This document shows positions 55,943-64,000 of a stretch of DNA of 64,000 nucleotides, one piece after another. The notes under the pieces were generated by a model. It did not search any database and was not told where the DNA came from. It was given only the letters and a program-made list of their open reading frames with translations. The translations under genes and the position numbers were made by a program. Positions within the stretch are counted from its first letter, which is position 1. Every line of letters starts with the position of its first letter. This DNA is from Shigella phage SHSML-52-1, in sequence record KX130865. The stretch is one strand, 5' to 3'.

Positions 55943-56622
55943 AATACGTTGTGTATAAAACTACCAATAAAATAAATGGTAAAATTTATATAGGCGTACA
56001 CAAAAAACATAAAGAGAAAGATTGGTATATTGGATCAGGCCGCGCTATATTAGCGGCCAAAGCTAAATATGGACTAAAAAATTTTTATACCGAAATTCTT
56101 TATGAATATGATAATGACAAGGACGCCTATAAAAAAGAAGCAGAATTGGTTAACGAAGATTTTGTTTTGCGAGATGATACTTATAACTTAGTTCCCGGTG
56201 GTAAAGGTGGTCCTGGTAAAAAACAAAGTGATGAAGCTAAAAGGTCTATTTCACTTTCTAAATTAGGTAAACCTAGATCTGAAGAGACTAAGGCTAAAGT
56301 ATCTAAAACAAGACTAGAAAGAAAAATACCGTCACCTAATAAGGGTAAGAAACTATCTGAAGCTCACAAATTGGCCTTGAGTAAAGTCCGAAAAGGGCGA
56401 AAAACGAATAAGCCGATGCCTGATTCAACCAAAGAAGCTCTTAGAATAGCAAATTCAAAGCCGCATTCTAAAGAAAGAACTATTAAAAAACAAAAACCTA
56501 TAATTATTGATGGTACAAAATACGCCTCGTGTAAAGAAGTTTCAAATGTTTTTAATATTTCTGCGTCTTTAGTTACATATAGACTTAAATCTTCAAAATG
56601 GTCCGGATGGAAATATGATTAA
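55939..56622 (+). CDS. GIY-YIG homing endonuclease (Seg-like)
   Basis: 227 aa; N-terminal KYVVYKTTNKINGKIYIGVH…YIGSG…NLVPGG GIY-YIG domain; Lys-rich NUMOD-like repeats and a C-terminal DNA-binding region. Confidence 0.8.
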   Translation: MKYVVYKTTNKINGKIYIGVHKKHKEKDWYIGSGRAILAAKAKYGLKNFYTEILYEYDNDKDAYKKEAELVNEDFVLRDDTYNLVPGGKGGPGKKQSDEAKRSISLSKLGKPRSEETKAKVSKTRLERKIPSPNKGKKLSEAHKLALSKVRKGRKTNKPMPDSTKEALRIANSKPHSKERTIKKQKPIIIDGTKYASCKEVSNVFNISASLVTYRLKSSKWSGWKYD

Positions 56623-57268
56623 AATACGCATGCCTCCTGATGGAGAACGTTATATTAATGGAAAATCGGTATATAAACTATACTTGATGTGCAAAAACCA
56701 TTTTGGTGGTCGGTATGACGTAATCAAATATAACTGGTGCATGCGTGTTTCGGATAATGCGTATCAAAAACGCCGAGATAAATATTTCTTTGAGAAACTA
56801 GCAGAGAAATATAAGTTAAAGGAACTCACCTTGATATTCATCAGTAACTTAGTTGCTAACCAAGATGCATGGATTGGTGAGATATCAGACGCTGATGCAT
56901 TAGTTTTCTATAGGGAATATATTGGACGACTCAAACAAGCCAAGGAGACGTTTGCTGAAGATGTACGTAACATCTACTATTTCAGTAAGAAAGTGGAAGT
57001 TAGTGCGCTTCAAGAGATATTTGATTATAATAATAAAGTTCAGTCGAGCTACATATTTAAATTGCTACAAAGCAATATAATTTCATTTGAAACCTTCTTG
57101 TTGTTGGATTCATTCTTGAATATTATAGATAAGCATGACGAACTTACTGACAATTTAGTCTGGCAAAATTATTCTACCAAATTAAAGGCATATCGAAAAA
57201 TACTTCAAATCGATGGAAATGCTGCTAAGAAATTGTTCATAGAAACAATCAAATCATGTAAGTATTAA
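56615..57268 (+). CDS. 59: helicase loader gp59
   Basis: 217 aa; MIKIRMPPDGERYINGKSVYKLYLM…NWCMRVSDNAYQKRRDKYFF… matches T4 gp59. Confidence 0.93.
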   Translation: MIKIRMPPDGERYINGKSVYKLYLMCKNHFGGRYDVIKYNWCMRVSDNAYQKRRDKYFFEKLAEKYKLKELTLIFISNLVANQDAWIGEISDADALVFYREYIGRLKQAKETFAEDVRNIYYFSKKVEVSALQEIFDYNNKVQSSYIFKLLQSNIISFETFLLLDSFLNIIDKHDELTDNLVWQNYSTKLKAYRKILQIDGNAAKKLFIETIKSCKY

Positions 57269-57292
57269 GCTTTATTTCTTGTGTGTTAAAAT
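57267..57292 (+). promoter_or_regulatory. putative middle promoter for gene 32 (AAGCTTTA 57267-57274, -10 TAAAAT 57287-57292)
   Basis: MotA-box-like element with 12-bp spacing. Confidence 0.4.
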
Positions 57293-57297
57293 TACTT

Positions 57298-57305
57298 TAT
57301 AAATA
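57298..57305 (+). promoter_or_regulatory. late promoter TATAAATA upstream of gene 32
   Basis: Exact late consensus about 97 nt upstream of the gene 32 ATG. Confidence 0.45.
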
Positions 57306-57315
57306 AATCATACCA

Positions 57316-57339
57316 GCTACGAGGTATAAGTGTCGTAGC
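57316..57339 (+). promoter_or_regulatory. stem-loop in gene 32 leader (GCTACGA…TCGTAGC)
   Basis: 7-bp perfect inverted repeat with 10-nt loop at the 5' end of the leader, where T4 has a pseudoknot. Confidence 0.35.
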
Positions 57340-57351
57340 AACCAACTGTAA

Positions 57352-57402
57352 ATAAATTAAATAATCTAAATAATCTAAATAATCTAAATAAAGGTAAATA
57401 TA
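57352..57402 (+). repeat. A/U-rich tandem repeats (ATAATCTAA x3 plus degenerate copies) adjacent to the gene 32 start; putative gp32 translational operator
   Basis: Three perfect 9-bp units at 57361-57387 flanked by related copies; unstructured A/U-rich tract before the RBS. Confidence 0.55.
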
Positions 57403-58305
57403 ATGTTTAAACGTAAATCTACTGCTGACCTCGCTGCTCAAATGGCTAAACTGAACGGTAACAAAGGTTTCTCTTCAGAAGATAAAGGCGAATGGAAGCT
57501 GAAGCTAGATGCATCAGGTAATGGTCAAGCGGTAATTCGTTTCCTGCCAGCAAAAACTGATGACGCACTACCATTTGCAATTCTTGTTAACCACGGTTTC
57601 AAGAAAAATGGTAAATGGTATATTGAAAATTGCTCTTCTACACATGGTGATTACGACTCTTGTCCTGTATGTCAGTACATTAGTAAAAATGACCTGTACA
57701 ATACCAACAAAACTGAATATTCTCAACTGAAACGTAAAACTTCTTATTGGGCTAATATTCTGGTTGTTAAAGACCCTCAAGCTCCAGATAACGAAGGTAA
57801 AGTATTTAAATATCGTTTCGGTAAAAAGATTTGGGACAAAATCAATGCAATGATTGCAGTTGATACCGAAATGGGTGAAACTCCGGTTGATGTTACTTGT
57901 CCGTTTGAAGGTGCCAACTTCGTTCTGAAAGCTAAGCAGGTTTCCGGTTTTAGCAACTATGACGAATCTAAATTCTTGGGTCAATCTGAAATTCCTCGTA
58001 TTAATGACGAAGCATTCCAGAAAGAACTATATGACCAGATGGTAGACCTTACTACTTTGACGGCTAAAGACCAGTTCAAGTCCTTTGAAAAATTAAATGA
58101 ATCTTTCGCTAAGGTTCTTGGTACTGCCGCTCTTGGTGGTGCAGCAGCCGCAGCAGCTTCTGTTGCAGATAAAGTTGCTTCTGACCTTGACGATTTTGAT
58201 AAAGACATGGAAGCCTTTAGTTCTGCAAAAACTGAAGATGACTTCATGAGCTCTACCTCATCCTCTGATGATGGCGACCTCGATGACCTGTTAGCTGGTC
58301 TATAA
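57403..58305 (+). CDS. 32: single-stranded DNA-binding protein gp32
   Basis: 300 aa; [36 protein letters not shown]…; zinc-site Cys/His; acidic C-terminus; matches T4 gp32. Confidence 0.97.
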   Translation: MFKRKSTADLAAQMAKLNGNKGFSSEDKGEWKLKLDASGNGQAVIRFLPAKTDDALPFAILVNHGFKKNGKWYIENCSSTHGDYDSCPVCQYISKNDLYNTNKTEYSQLKRKTSYWANILVVKDPQAPDNEGKVFKYRFGKKIWDKINAMIAVDTEMGETPVDVTCPFEGANFVLKAKQVSGFSNYDESKFLGQSEIPRINDEAFQKELYDQMVDLTTLTAKDQFKSFEKLNESFAKVLGTAALGGAAAAAASVADKVASDLDDFDKDMEAFSSAKTEDDFMSSTSSSDDGDLDDLLAGL

Positions 58306-58311
58306 TAAATT

Positions 58312-58335
58312 GGGAGACTTCGGTCTCCCTTTTGA
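58312..58335 (+). terminator. rho-independent terminator after gene 32 (GGGAGAC-UUCG-GUCUCCC + U-run)
   Basis: Perfect 7-bp stem, UUCG loop, followed by TTTTGAG. Confidence 0.75.
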
Positions 58336-58359
58336 GTATCTGTAAATTGCCGAAAAAGT

Positions 58360-58405
58360 TGTTTACTTCTTCCCTTGTTTACTTCTTCCCTGGATGTGTT
58401 AGTAT
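58360..58405 (+). promoter_or_regulatory. early promoter with tandemly duplicated -35 region (TGTTTACTTCTTCCCT x2) and -10 TAGTAT
   Basis: 16-bp unit at 58360-58375 and 58376-58391; second GTTTAC is 17 bp from the -10 at 58400-58405. Confidence 0.5.
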
Positions 58406-58434
58406 AGACCTATTAACAACATGAGGAAACCAAA

Positions 58435-58821
58435 ATGGAAATCGGAAAATCTTATATCATCAACCCTTTATTTAAAGACGACTTTGCTAACGAGTGCCGT
58501 TGCAATACAATAATGCTAAATTTAATAGAGAAGCACGGACCTAGTTTTGTTGTAGATGAAATGGAAAGTGATGATTGTGCTGGTGAATGTGTGGTACGTG
58601 TAACTATGGAAGATGGCACTGAATACATGGCGAGTGGCCCACTTGAGACGTATTTTGAGATTTACTCTGAAGAATTCAAATACTTTACTGAGGTAGATTT
58701 AGTAAAACCTCAACCTACTAACGAAGGTATAACTTTAGGTGTAACAAAAATCCATTGTATCGTAGATGAAACCAACGTCGACGAAATCATCGAACTTTTG
58801 CAAAAAACTTTTAAAAAGTAG
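58435..58821 (+). CDS. hypothetical acidic protein (128 aa)
   Basis: Track ORF with RBS TGAGGAAACC. Confidence 0.5.
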   Translation: MEIGKSYIINPLFKDDFANECRCNTIMLNLIEKHGPSFVVDEMESDDCAGECVVRVTMEDGTEYMASGPLETYFEIYSEEFKYFTEVDLVKPQPTNEGITLGVTKIHCIVDETNVDEIIELLQKTFKK

Positions 58822-58860
58822 TTTATAACAAGATAGGGCTATGTTATAGTAGTCCTATCA
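58821..58860 (+). promoter_or_regulatory. PeSL-type early promoter (-35 GTTTAT 58821-58826; inverted repeat GATAGG / CCTATC)
   Basis: Variant core ATAGTAGTCCTATCAAA. Confidence 0.45.
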
Positions 58861-58884
58861 AATAAAAGTGAAGAGGAGAATAAA

Positions 58885-59133
58885 ATGAGATTGCAACGCC
58901 AGAGCATCAAAGATTCAGAAGTTAGAGGTAAATGGTACTTCAACATCGTTGGTAAAGACGCTGAACTCCTTGAACAAGCTGAAGAAGCTTTACGTGAAAT
59001 GGGTTGGAACGAAGAATGTGATGGATGTCCACTCTACGAAGATGGTGAAAGCGCAGGATTCTGGATTCACCACTCTGATGTTGAATCGTTTAAAGCTGAT
59101 TGGAAAGTTGTTAAGAAAAATCTGAGGAAATAA
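58885..59133 (+). CDS. hypothetical protein (82 aa)
   Basis: Track ORF with RBS AAGAGGAGAA. Confidence 0.5.
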   Translation: MRLQRQSIKDSEVRGKWYFNIVGKDAELLEQAEEALREMGWNEECDGCPLYEDGESAGFWIHHSDVESFKADWKVVKKNLRK

Positions 59134-59135
59134 AA

Positions 59136-59723
59136 ATGCTTAAATTAGTATTCGCATGCGCACCATCTAAAACAGTTGATGATAAACTGGAATATGCTTT
59201 TGGATTAGGTGATGGACTTCCATGGAAGCATATCAAACAAGATATGAGTAACTTTGTTGCTCGCACTAAAAACACTGTAATGGTTATGGGTGCTAAGACT
59301 TTTGCATCATTACCTCGTCTACTACCAGATCGTACTCATGTGGTTGTCACTGATATGGCCAGAAAACTGCCTAGGACTAAAACTGATGAACTTGCACGGT
59401 TCTATATCACCCAATCTGAATTTATTACATTGGTAACAGGTGGTGAAATTAACTTGTTTAGCCCTGCAACTGATGTACCGTTTAAACTTTCTACCGAACA
59501 TGTTGATGTATCTGTTATCGGCGGTCCTGCTCTACTTAAACAAGCATTGCCTTATGCCGATGAAATTGTGATGACTAAAATCATTAAGAAATGTCGTGTT
59601 AATTCCGATGTTCAACTTGATAAAGATTTCATCCAAGATATTATGCTTCAACGTTCTATGGTAGAATCTCATTACTACAGAATCGATGAACTCACCGAAA
59701 TTACTGAGAGCGTATATAAATGA
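59136..59723 (+). CDS. frd: dihydrofolate reductase
   Basis: 195 aa; LGDGLPW and VIGGPALL DHFR motifs; matches recalled T4 Frd. Confidence 0.9.
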   Translation: MLKLVFACAPSKTVDDKLEYAFGLGDGLPWKHIKQDMSNFVARTKNTVMVMGAKTFASLPRLLPDRTHVVVTDMARKLPRTKTDELARFYITQSEFITLVTGGEINLFSPATDVPFKLSTEHVDVSVIGGPALLKQALPYADEIVMTKIIKKCRVNSDVQLDKDFIQDIMLQRSMVESHYYRIDELTEITESVYK

Positions 59724-60580
59724 AACAATACCAATACCTGATTAATGATATCCTAGAAAATGGCTACGAAACAGACGACCGTACAGGCACAGGAACAATT
59801 GCCCTGTTCGGAACTAAATTACATTGGGACCTGACTAAAGGATTCCCTGCAGTAACAACTAAGAAATTAGCATGGAAAGCTTGTATTGCCGAGTTACTGT
59901 GGTTCATGTCTGGTTCTACTAATGTTAATGAATTACGTCTTCGTACTCATGGTAGTCTAATTGAAGGTAAAACTATTTGGGACGACAACTATGAAAATCA
60001 GGCAAAAGACCTTGGATATCATAGCGGCGAACTTGGTCCTATTTATGGTAAGCAATGGCGTGATTTCGGTGGTGTGGACCAATTAGTTGAAACAATCGAC
60101 CGTATTAAAAAATTACCAACTGATCGTCGTCAAATTGTTTCTGCATGGAACCCAGCCGAAATTGACCAAATGGCTCTTCCTCCTTGTCATATGTTCTATC
60201 AATTTAATGTGCGTAATGGACATCTTGATTTACAATGGTATCAACGCAGTGTAGATGTTTTCTTGGGCCTGCCGTTCAACATTGCCTCGTACGCTGCCTT
60301 GACGCATATTGTGGCTAAGATGTGTAATCTTATCCCAGGTGATTTAGTGTTCTCAGGCGGCAACACGCATATCTACAGCAATCATGTAGAACAATGCAAA
60401 GAAGTTCTTCGTCGTGAACCTAAAGAGTTATGTTCTCTTGAAATTAATTGGCCTAGTAATTTTGAGAATTGGCCTACAAAAATCCAAATGGACTGGGTTA
60501 CTGGAACGATGACACATTCTGATTTCGTTCTTAAAAATTACGAATCTCATCCAGCTATCAAAGCTAAAATGGCGGTATAA
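59720..60580 (+). CDS. td: thymidylate synthase (uninterrupted)
   Basis: 286 aa contiguous ORF with active-site PPCH and DRR motifs; no intron interrupting the reading frame. Confidence 0.93.
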   Translation: MKQYQYLINDILENGYETDDRTGTGTIALFGTKLHWDLTKGFPAVTTKKLAWKACIAELLWFMSGSTNVNELRLRTHGSLIEGKTIWDDNYENQAKDLGYHSGELGPIYGKQWRDFGGVDQLVETIDRIKKLPTDRRQIVSAWNPAEIDQMALPPCHMFYQFNVRNGHLDLQWYQRSVDVFLGLPFNIASYAALTHIVAKMCNLIPGDLVFSGGNTHIYSNHVEQCKEVLRREPKELCSLEINWPSNFENWPTKIQMDWVTGTMTHSDFVLKNYESHPAIKAKMAV

Positions 60581-60581
60581 A

Positions 60582-60836
60582 ATGATTTTACGTTTTATTA
60601 ATTCATATGGCACCACAATTTTTGAAATGAAAAATCCAAGTGAACTGGATATCCCTTCACCAAATAGTGAAATCACAGTTAAAGGTGAACGATTCATTTG
60701 TTATTCACATGAACGAATTTATGAATATCGTGAATTCTGTGGTGGATTCGGTATAGAAAAAGAACCGTTGGTTTATTTTAATATCACGGTCTTGACTCCT
60801 AAAGAATATGAAGAAATTATTGCAGAGGACATGTAA
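60582..60836 (+). CDS. hypothetical protein (84 aa)
   Basis: Track ORF between td and nrdA. Confidence 0.45.
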   Translation: MILRFINSYGTTIFEMKNPSELDIPSPNSEITVKGERFICYSHERIYEYREFCGGFGIEKEPLVYFNITVLTPKEYEEIIAEDM

Positions 60837-61141
60837 TGAAAATGTGCCGCGTTGTGAATAAATATAAATCCGATTTTGATGTTAATATTCATCGTGGCAC
60901 ATTCTGGGGAAATTATGTAGGCAAGGATGCCTCTTCCCGAGAAGAAGCTATTGAGCTTTTCAAAAAGGATTTTATTAAGAGAATTAAGTGTGGAGAAATC
61001 ACAAAAGCTCATCTAGAACCTTTACGTGGTATGCGTCTGGGATGCACATGTAAACCAAAAGCCTGTCACGGTGATATAATAGCTCTAGTGGTTAATAAAC
61101 TTTTTAAAGACGAATTTAATATAGAGGACATATGCAAGTAA
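60836..61141 (+). CDS. hypothetical protein (101 aa)
   Basis: Track ORF, TAATG-coupled; several Cys/His residues. Confidence 0.5.
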   Translation: MKMCRVVNKYKSDFDVNIHRGTFWGNYVGKDASSREEAIELFKKDFIKRIKCGEITKAHLEPLRGMRLGCTCKPKACHGDIIALVVNKLFKDEFNIEDICK

Positions 61142-63387
61142 CTAAGAGCAGTGGCGTATCCCAAAATTTTGATGCACAGAAAATTATCCAGGTTCTGACC
61201 TGGCAATGTGAAGGAACACAAATTGACCCATATGAATTGTACGAAGAAATTAAGACCCATCTTGTCGACGGGATGAGCACCAAAGATATCCAGAAGATTT
61301 GTATTAAAGTTGCAGCTAACTCGATTTCTGTCGAAGAACCTGATTATCAGTATGTCGCCGCCAAAGGGCTAATGTTTGCACTTCGTAAAGATGTATATGG
61401 GCAGTTTGAACCGCCTGCTTTTATCGACCATATTTCTTATTGTGTTAATGAAGGCAAATACGACCCTGAGCTGTTGTCTCAATATTCAGCAGAAGAAATC
61501 ATTTATCTCGATTCACAGATTAAACATGAACGAGACTTTGACCTGACTTATGCTGGTGCTATGCAGCTTAAAGAAAAATATCTAGTTAAAGATAAAACAA
61601 CTGGGAAGATTTATGAAACTCCACAGTTTGCTATCATGGCTATTGGCATGGCCTTACATCAAGACGAAACTCATGACCGTTTGAAACATATTATTCGTTT
61701 TTATGATGCCGTTTCTACTCATCAAGTTTCATTGCCTACTCCAATTATGGCAGGTGCTCGTACTCCGACTCGCCAGTTCTCTAGTTGTGTAGTTATTGAA
61801 GCCGGTGATTCGTTAAAATCTATTAACAAAACTTCAGCATCAATTATTGAATATATTTCTAAACGAGCTGGTATAGGTATCAACGTTGGTATGCTTCGTG
61901 CAGAAGGTTCTAAGATCGGTATGGGCGAAGTTCGACATACGGGTGTTATTCCATTCTGGAAACATTTCCAAACTGCAGTAAAATCTTGTTCTCAAGGTGG
62001 TATTCGTGGTGGTGCTGCTACAGCGTATTATCCGATGTGGCACTTAGAAGTAGAGAACCTATTAGTTCTGAAAAATAACAAAGGCGTGGATGAAAACCGT
62101 ATTCGACATATGGACTACGGAATTCAGATTAATGACCTTATGATGGAACGCCTTGGTAAAAATGATTATATTACTTTATTTAGCCCTCACGAAATGTCAG
62201 GCGAACTATACTACTCGTTCTTTGAAGATCAAGATAAATTCCGTGAGCTTTATGAGAAAGCTGAAAAAGACCCAACAATCAGAAAGAAAAGAATCAAAGC
62301 ACTAGAACTCTTTGAATTGTTCATGACTGAACGTTCTGGCACTGCTCGAATTTATCCACAGTTTGTTGATAACACGAATAACTACACTCCGTTTATTCGT
62401 GAAAAAGCTCCAATTCGTCAGAGTAACTTATGTTGTGAAATCGCTATTCCAACTAATGATGTGAATGGTCCTGATGCTGAAATTGGTTTATGTACGTTAT
62501 CTGCTTTTGTATTAGATAAATTTGATTGGCAAGACCAAGATAAAATTAATGAACTTGCTGAAGTACAAGTACGTGCACTTGATAACCTGTTAGACTATCA
62601 AGATTATCCGGTCCCAGAAGCTTTAAAAGCTAAAAAGCGTCGTAATCTTGGTGTTGGTGTTACGAACTATGCTGCATGGTTAGCTTCTAACTTTGCTTCA
62701 TATGAAGACGCTAACGATTTGACTCATGAATTGTTTGAGAGATTGCAATATGGCCTTATCAAAGCTTCAATCAAACTCGCCAAAGAAAAAGGACCTTGTG
62801 AGTATTATTCAGACACTAAATGGTCTAGAGGCGAATTACCTATCGACTGGTACAATAAAAAAATTGACCAAATCGCAGCCCCGAACTACGTCTGTGACTG
62901 GGAAGAACTTCGAGCTGAACTCAAAGAACATGGAATTCGTAACTCAACGTTGTCTGCACTCATGCCTTGTGAGTCAAGCAGTCAAGTATCTAACTCTACA
63001 AACGGGATTGAACCGCCGCGTGGTCCAGTGAGTATTAAAGAATCTAAAGAAGGCAACTTCCGTCAGGTTGTTCCTAATATTGAACACAACATGGGTCTTT
63101 ATGACTATGCGTGGAAACTCGCTAAGAAAGGTAATAAGCCTTATCTGACACAAGTTGTTATCATGTTAAAATGGGTGTGCCAATCTGCTTCTGCTAATAC
63201 ATACTACGACCCTTCAGTCTTTGAGAAAGGCAAAGTGCCAATGTCTGTAATGCTTGATGACTTGCTTTACTTCTGGTACTTTGGTGGTAAGAACCTTTAC
63301 TATCATAACACTCGAGATGGTTCTGGTACAGATGACTATGAGTTAGAAACGCCTAAAGCTGAAGATTGCTCCGCTTGTAAGCTTTAA
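61132..63387 (+). CDS. nrdA: aerobic ribonucleotide reductase large subunit NrdA
   Basis: 751 aa; N-terminal ATP-cone, catalytic-site motifs (NLCCEI, ALMPCESSSQ) and C-terminal Cys pair. Confidence 0.95.
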   Translation: MQVTKSSGVSQNFDAQKIIQVLTWQCEGTQIDPYELYEEIKTHLVDGMSTKDIQKICIKVAANSISVEEPDYQYVAAKGLMFALRKDVYGQFEPPAFIDHISYCVNEGKYDPELLSQYSAEEIIYLDSQIKHERDFDLTYAGAMQLKEKYLVKDKTTGKIYETPQFAIMAIGMALHQDETHDRLKHIIRFYDAVSTHQVSLPTPIMAGARTPTRQFSSCVVIEAGDSLKSINKTSASIIEYISKRAGIGINVGMLRAEGSKIGMGEVRHTGVIPFWKHFQTAVKSCSQGGIRGGAATAYYPMWHLEVENLLVLKNNKGVDENRIRHMDYGIQINDLMMERLGKNDYITLFSPHEMSGELYYSFFEDQDKFRELYEKAEKDPTIRKKRIKALELFELFMTERSGTARIYPQFVDNTNNYTPFIREKAPIRQSNLCCEIAIPTNDVNGPDAEIGLCTLSAFVLDKFDWQDQDKINELAEVQVRALDNLLDYQDYPVPEALKAKKRRNLGVGVTNYAAWLASNFASYEDANDLTHELFERLQYGLIKASIKLAKEKGPCEYYSDTKWSRGELPIDWYNKKIDQIAAPNYVCDWEELRAELKEHGIRNSTLSALMPCESSSQVSNSTNGIEPPRGPVSIKESKEGNFRQVVPNIEHNMGLYDYAWKLAKKGNKPYLTQVVIMLKWVCQSASANTYYDPSVFEKGKVPMSVMLDDLLYFWYFGGKNLYYHNTRDGSGTDDYELETPKAEDCSACKL

Positions 63388-63437
63388 GAATTTTGTTTAT
63401 AATTGACTCATGGATGAGTCACTATTGAGAGAATATA

Positions 63438-64000
63438 ATGAGTACAGTTTTTAATACCCAAAAAGTTGATGTTTTGAATGAACCAATGTTCTTTGGTTCC
63501 GGTCTTGGCCTTGCGCGTTACGATATTCAACGCCATAAAGTTTTTGAAGAGCTTATTGAAAAGCAATTGTCGTTTTTTTGGCGCCCTGAAGAGGTAAACT
63601 TGATGTTGGACTCTGCGCAGTTCAATAAGCTTCCACAGTTCCAACAGAACATCTTTACGAACAACCTTAAGTATCAATCATTATTGGATTCTATCCAAGG
63701 CAGGGCACCATCTGCGGTACTTATGGCATTACTTTCCGACCCTTCATTAGATACATGGGTTGCTACATGGACATTCAGTGAAACCATTCACTCTCGTTCA
63801 TATACTCATATCATGCGAAATCTTTATACTGATCCATCGAAGGTATTTGATGAGATTGTATTAGATGAAGCAATTATGAAACGTGCGGAATCAATCGGCA
63901 AATATTATGATGATGTTCTAGTTAAAACACGTGAATGGGAAAATGCTAAAGAAATTTTTAAATGTTTTTCCGAAAATGAATATGATTTGGATGCATATTC
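63438..64000 (+). CDS. nrdB: ribonucleotide reductase small subunit NrdB (3' end beyond window)
   Basis: ATG 63438 after GAGAGAATATA; frame open to the window end; FFWRPEEV and TWTFSETIHSRSY are R2-type iron-site motifs; not in track because no stop. Confidence 0.85.
   Translation, partial: MSTVFNTQKVDVLNEPMFFGSGLGLARYDIQRHKVFEELIEKQLSFFWRPEEVNLMLDSAQFNKLPQFQQNIFTNNLKYQSLLDSIQGRAPSAVLMALLSDPSLDTWVATWTFSETIHSRSYTHIMRNLYTDPSKVFDEIVLDEAIMKRAESIGKYYDDVLVKTREWENAKEIFKCFSENEYDLDAY

Noticed and set aside
15530-58860. Possible CRISPR array suggested by the recurring TATAGACCTATCA-type repeats
   Set aside because: Repeats are irregularly spaced over tens of kb, each sits at a promoter/RBS junction before a gene, and there are no uniform spacers or cas genes; they are promoter cassettes.
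59720-60580. Group I intron in td (present in T4)
   Set aside because: td is a single uninterrupted 286-aa ORF; no intron-like insert.
63408-63677. Minus-strand ORF overlapping the start of nrdB
   Set aside because: The plus-strand frame from ATG 63438 encodes clear R2 motifs; the antisense ORF is an artefact.
1-64000. tRNA/rRNA genes, integrase, transposase or prophage attachment sites
   Set aside because: No cloverleaf-compatible segments or recombinase-like ORFs noticed; the window is wall-to-wall phage genes consistent with a lytic T4-like genome.

Overview
This window is a contiguous ~64 kb segment of a T4-like (Tevenvirinae) myovirus genome. The plus strand carries the early/middle replication and nucleotide-metabolism genes in T4 transcriptional order: 45 (5'-truncated), 44, 62, regA, 43, then a DNA-modification block, uvsX, 40, 41, a hyperplastic block containing imm- and spackle-like genes, 61, 56, soc, two ModA/ModB-like ADP-ribosyltransferases, srd-like, dda, dexA, fused 39/60, rIIA, rIIB, ndd, 52, motA and asiA. 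The minus strand carries the late long-tail-fiber operon 34-35-36-37-38 and holin t. The plus strand then resumes with rnh, dsbA, 33, a GIY-YIG homing endonuclease, 59, 32, frd, td, nrdA and the start of nrdB. The DNA polymerase is 903 aa and, from memory, matches the RB69-type gp43 rather than T4 gp43. The most interesting region is 5456-12009: where T4 has imm/42/beta-gt, this phage has a sugar-phosphate isomerase, a fused nucleotidyltransferase-kinase, a HAD phosphatase, a Cys-rich protein, dCMP hydroxymethylase, an unassigned 299-aa protein and a P-loop kinase, with a second GT-B-like glycosyltransferase between gene 39 and rIIA. I read this as an hmC sugar-hypermodification system (arabinosyl-hmC is reported for RB69-like phages) whose enzymology is only partly described; pathway roles are inference. 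The window is also full of promoter/stem-loop cassettes (PeSL-like), UUCG-loop terminators, MotA-box middle promoters and TATAAATA late promoters. No tRNA, rRNA, CRISPR array, integrase or transposase was seen. Product calls rest on motif recognition and recalled T4-family sequences, not on searches. CDS coordinates follow the supplied ORF track; regulatory coordinates and untracked small ORFs are hand-counted and may be off by 1-2 bp.
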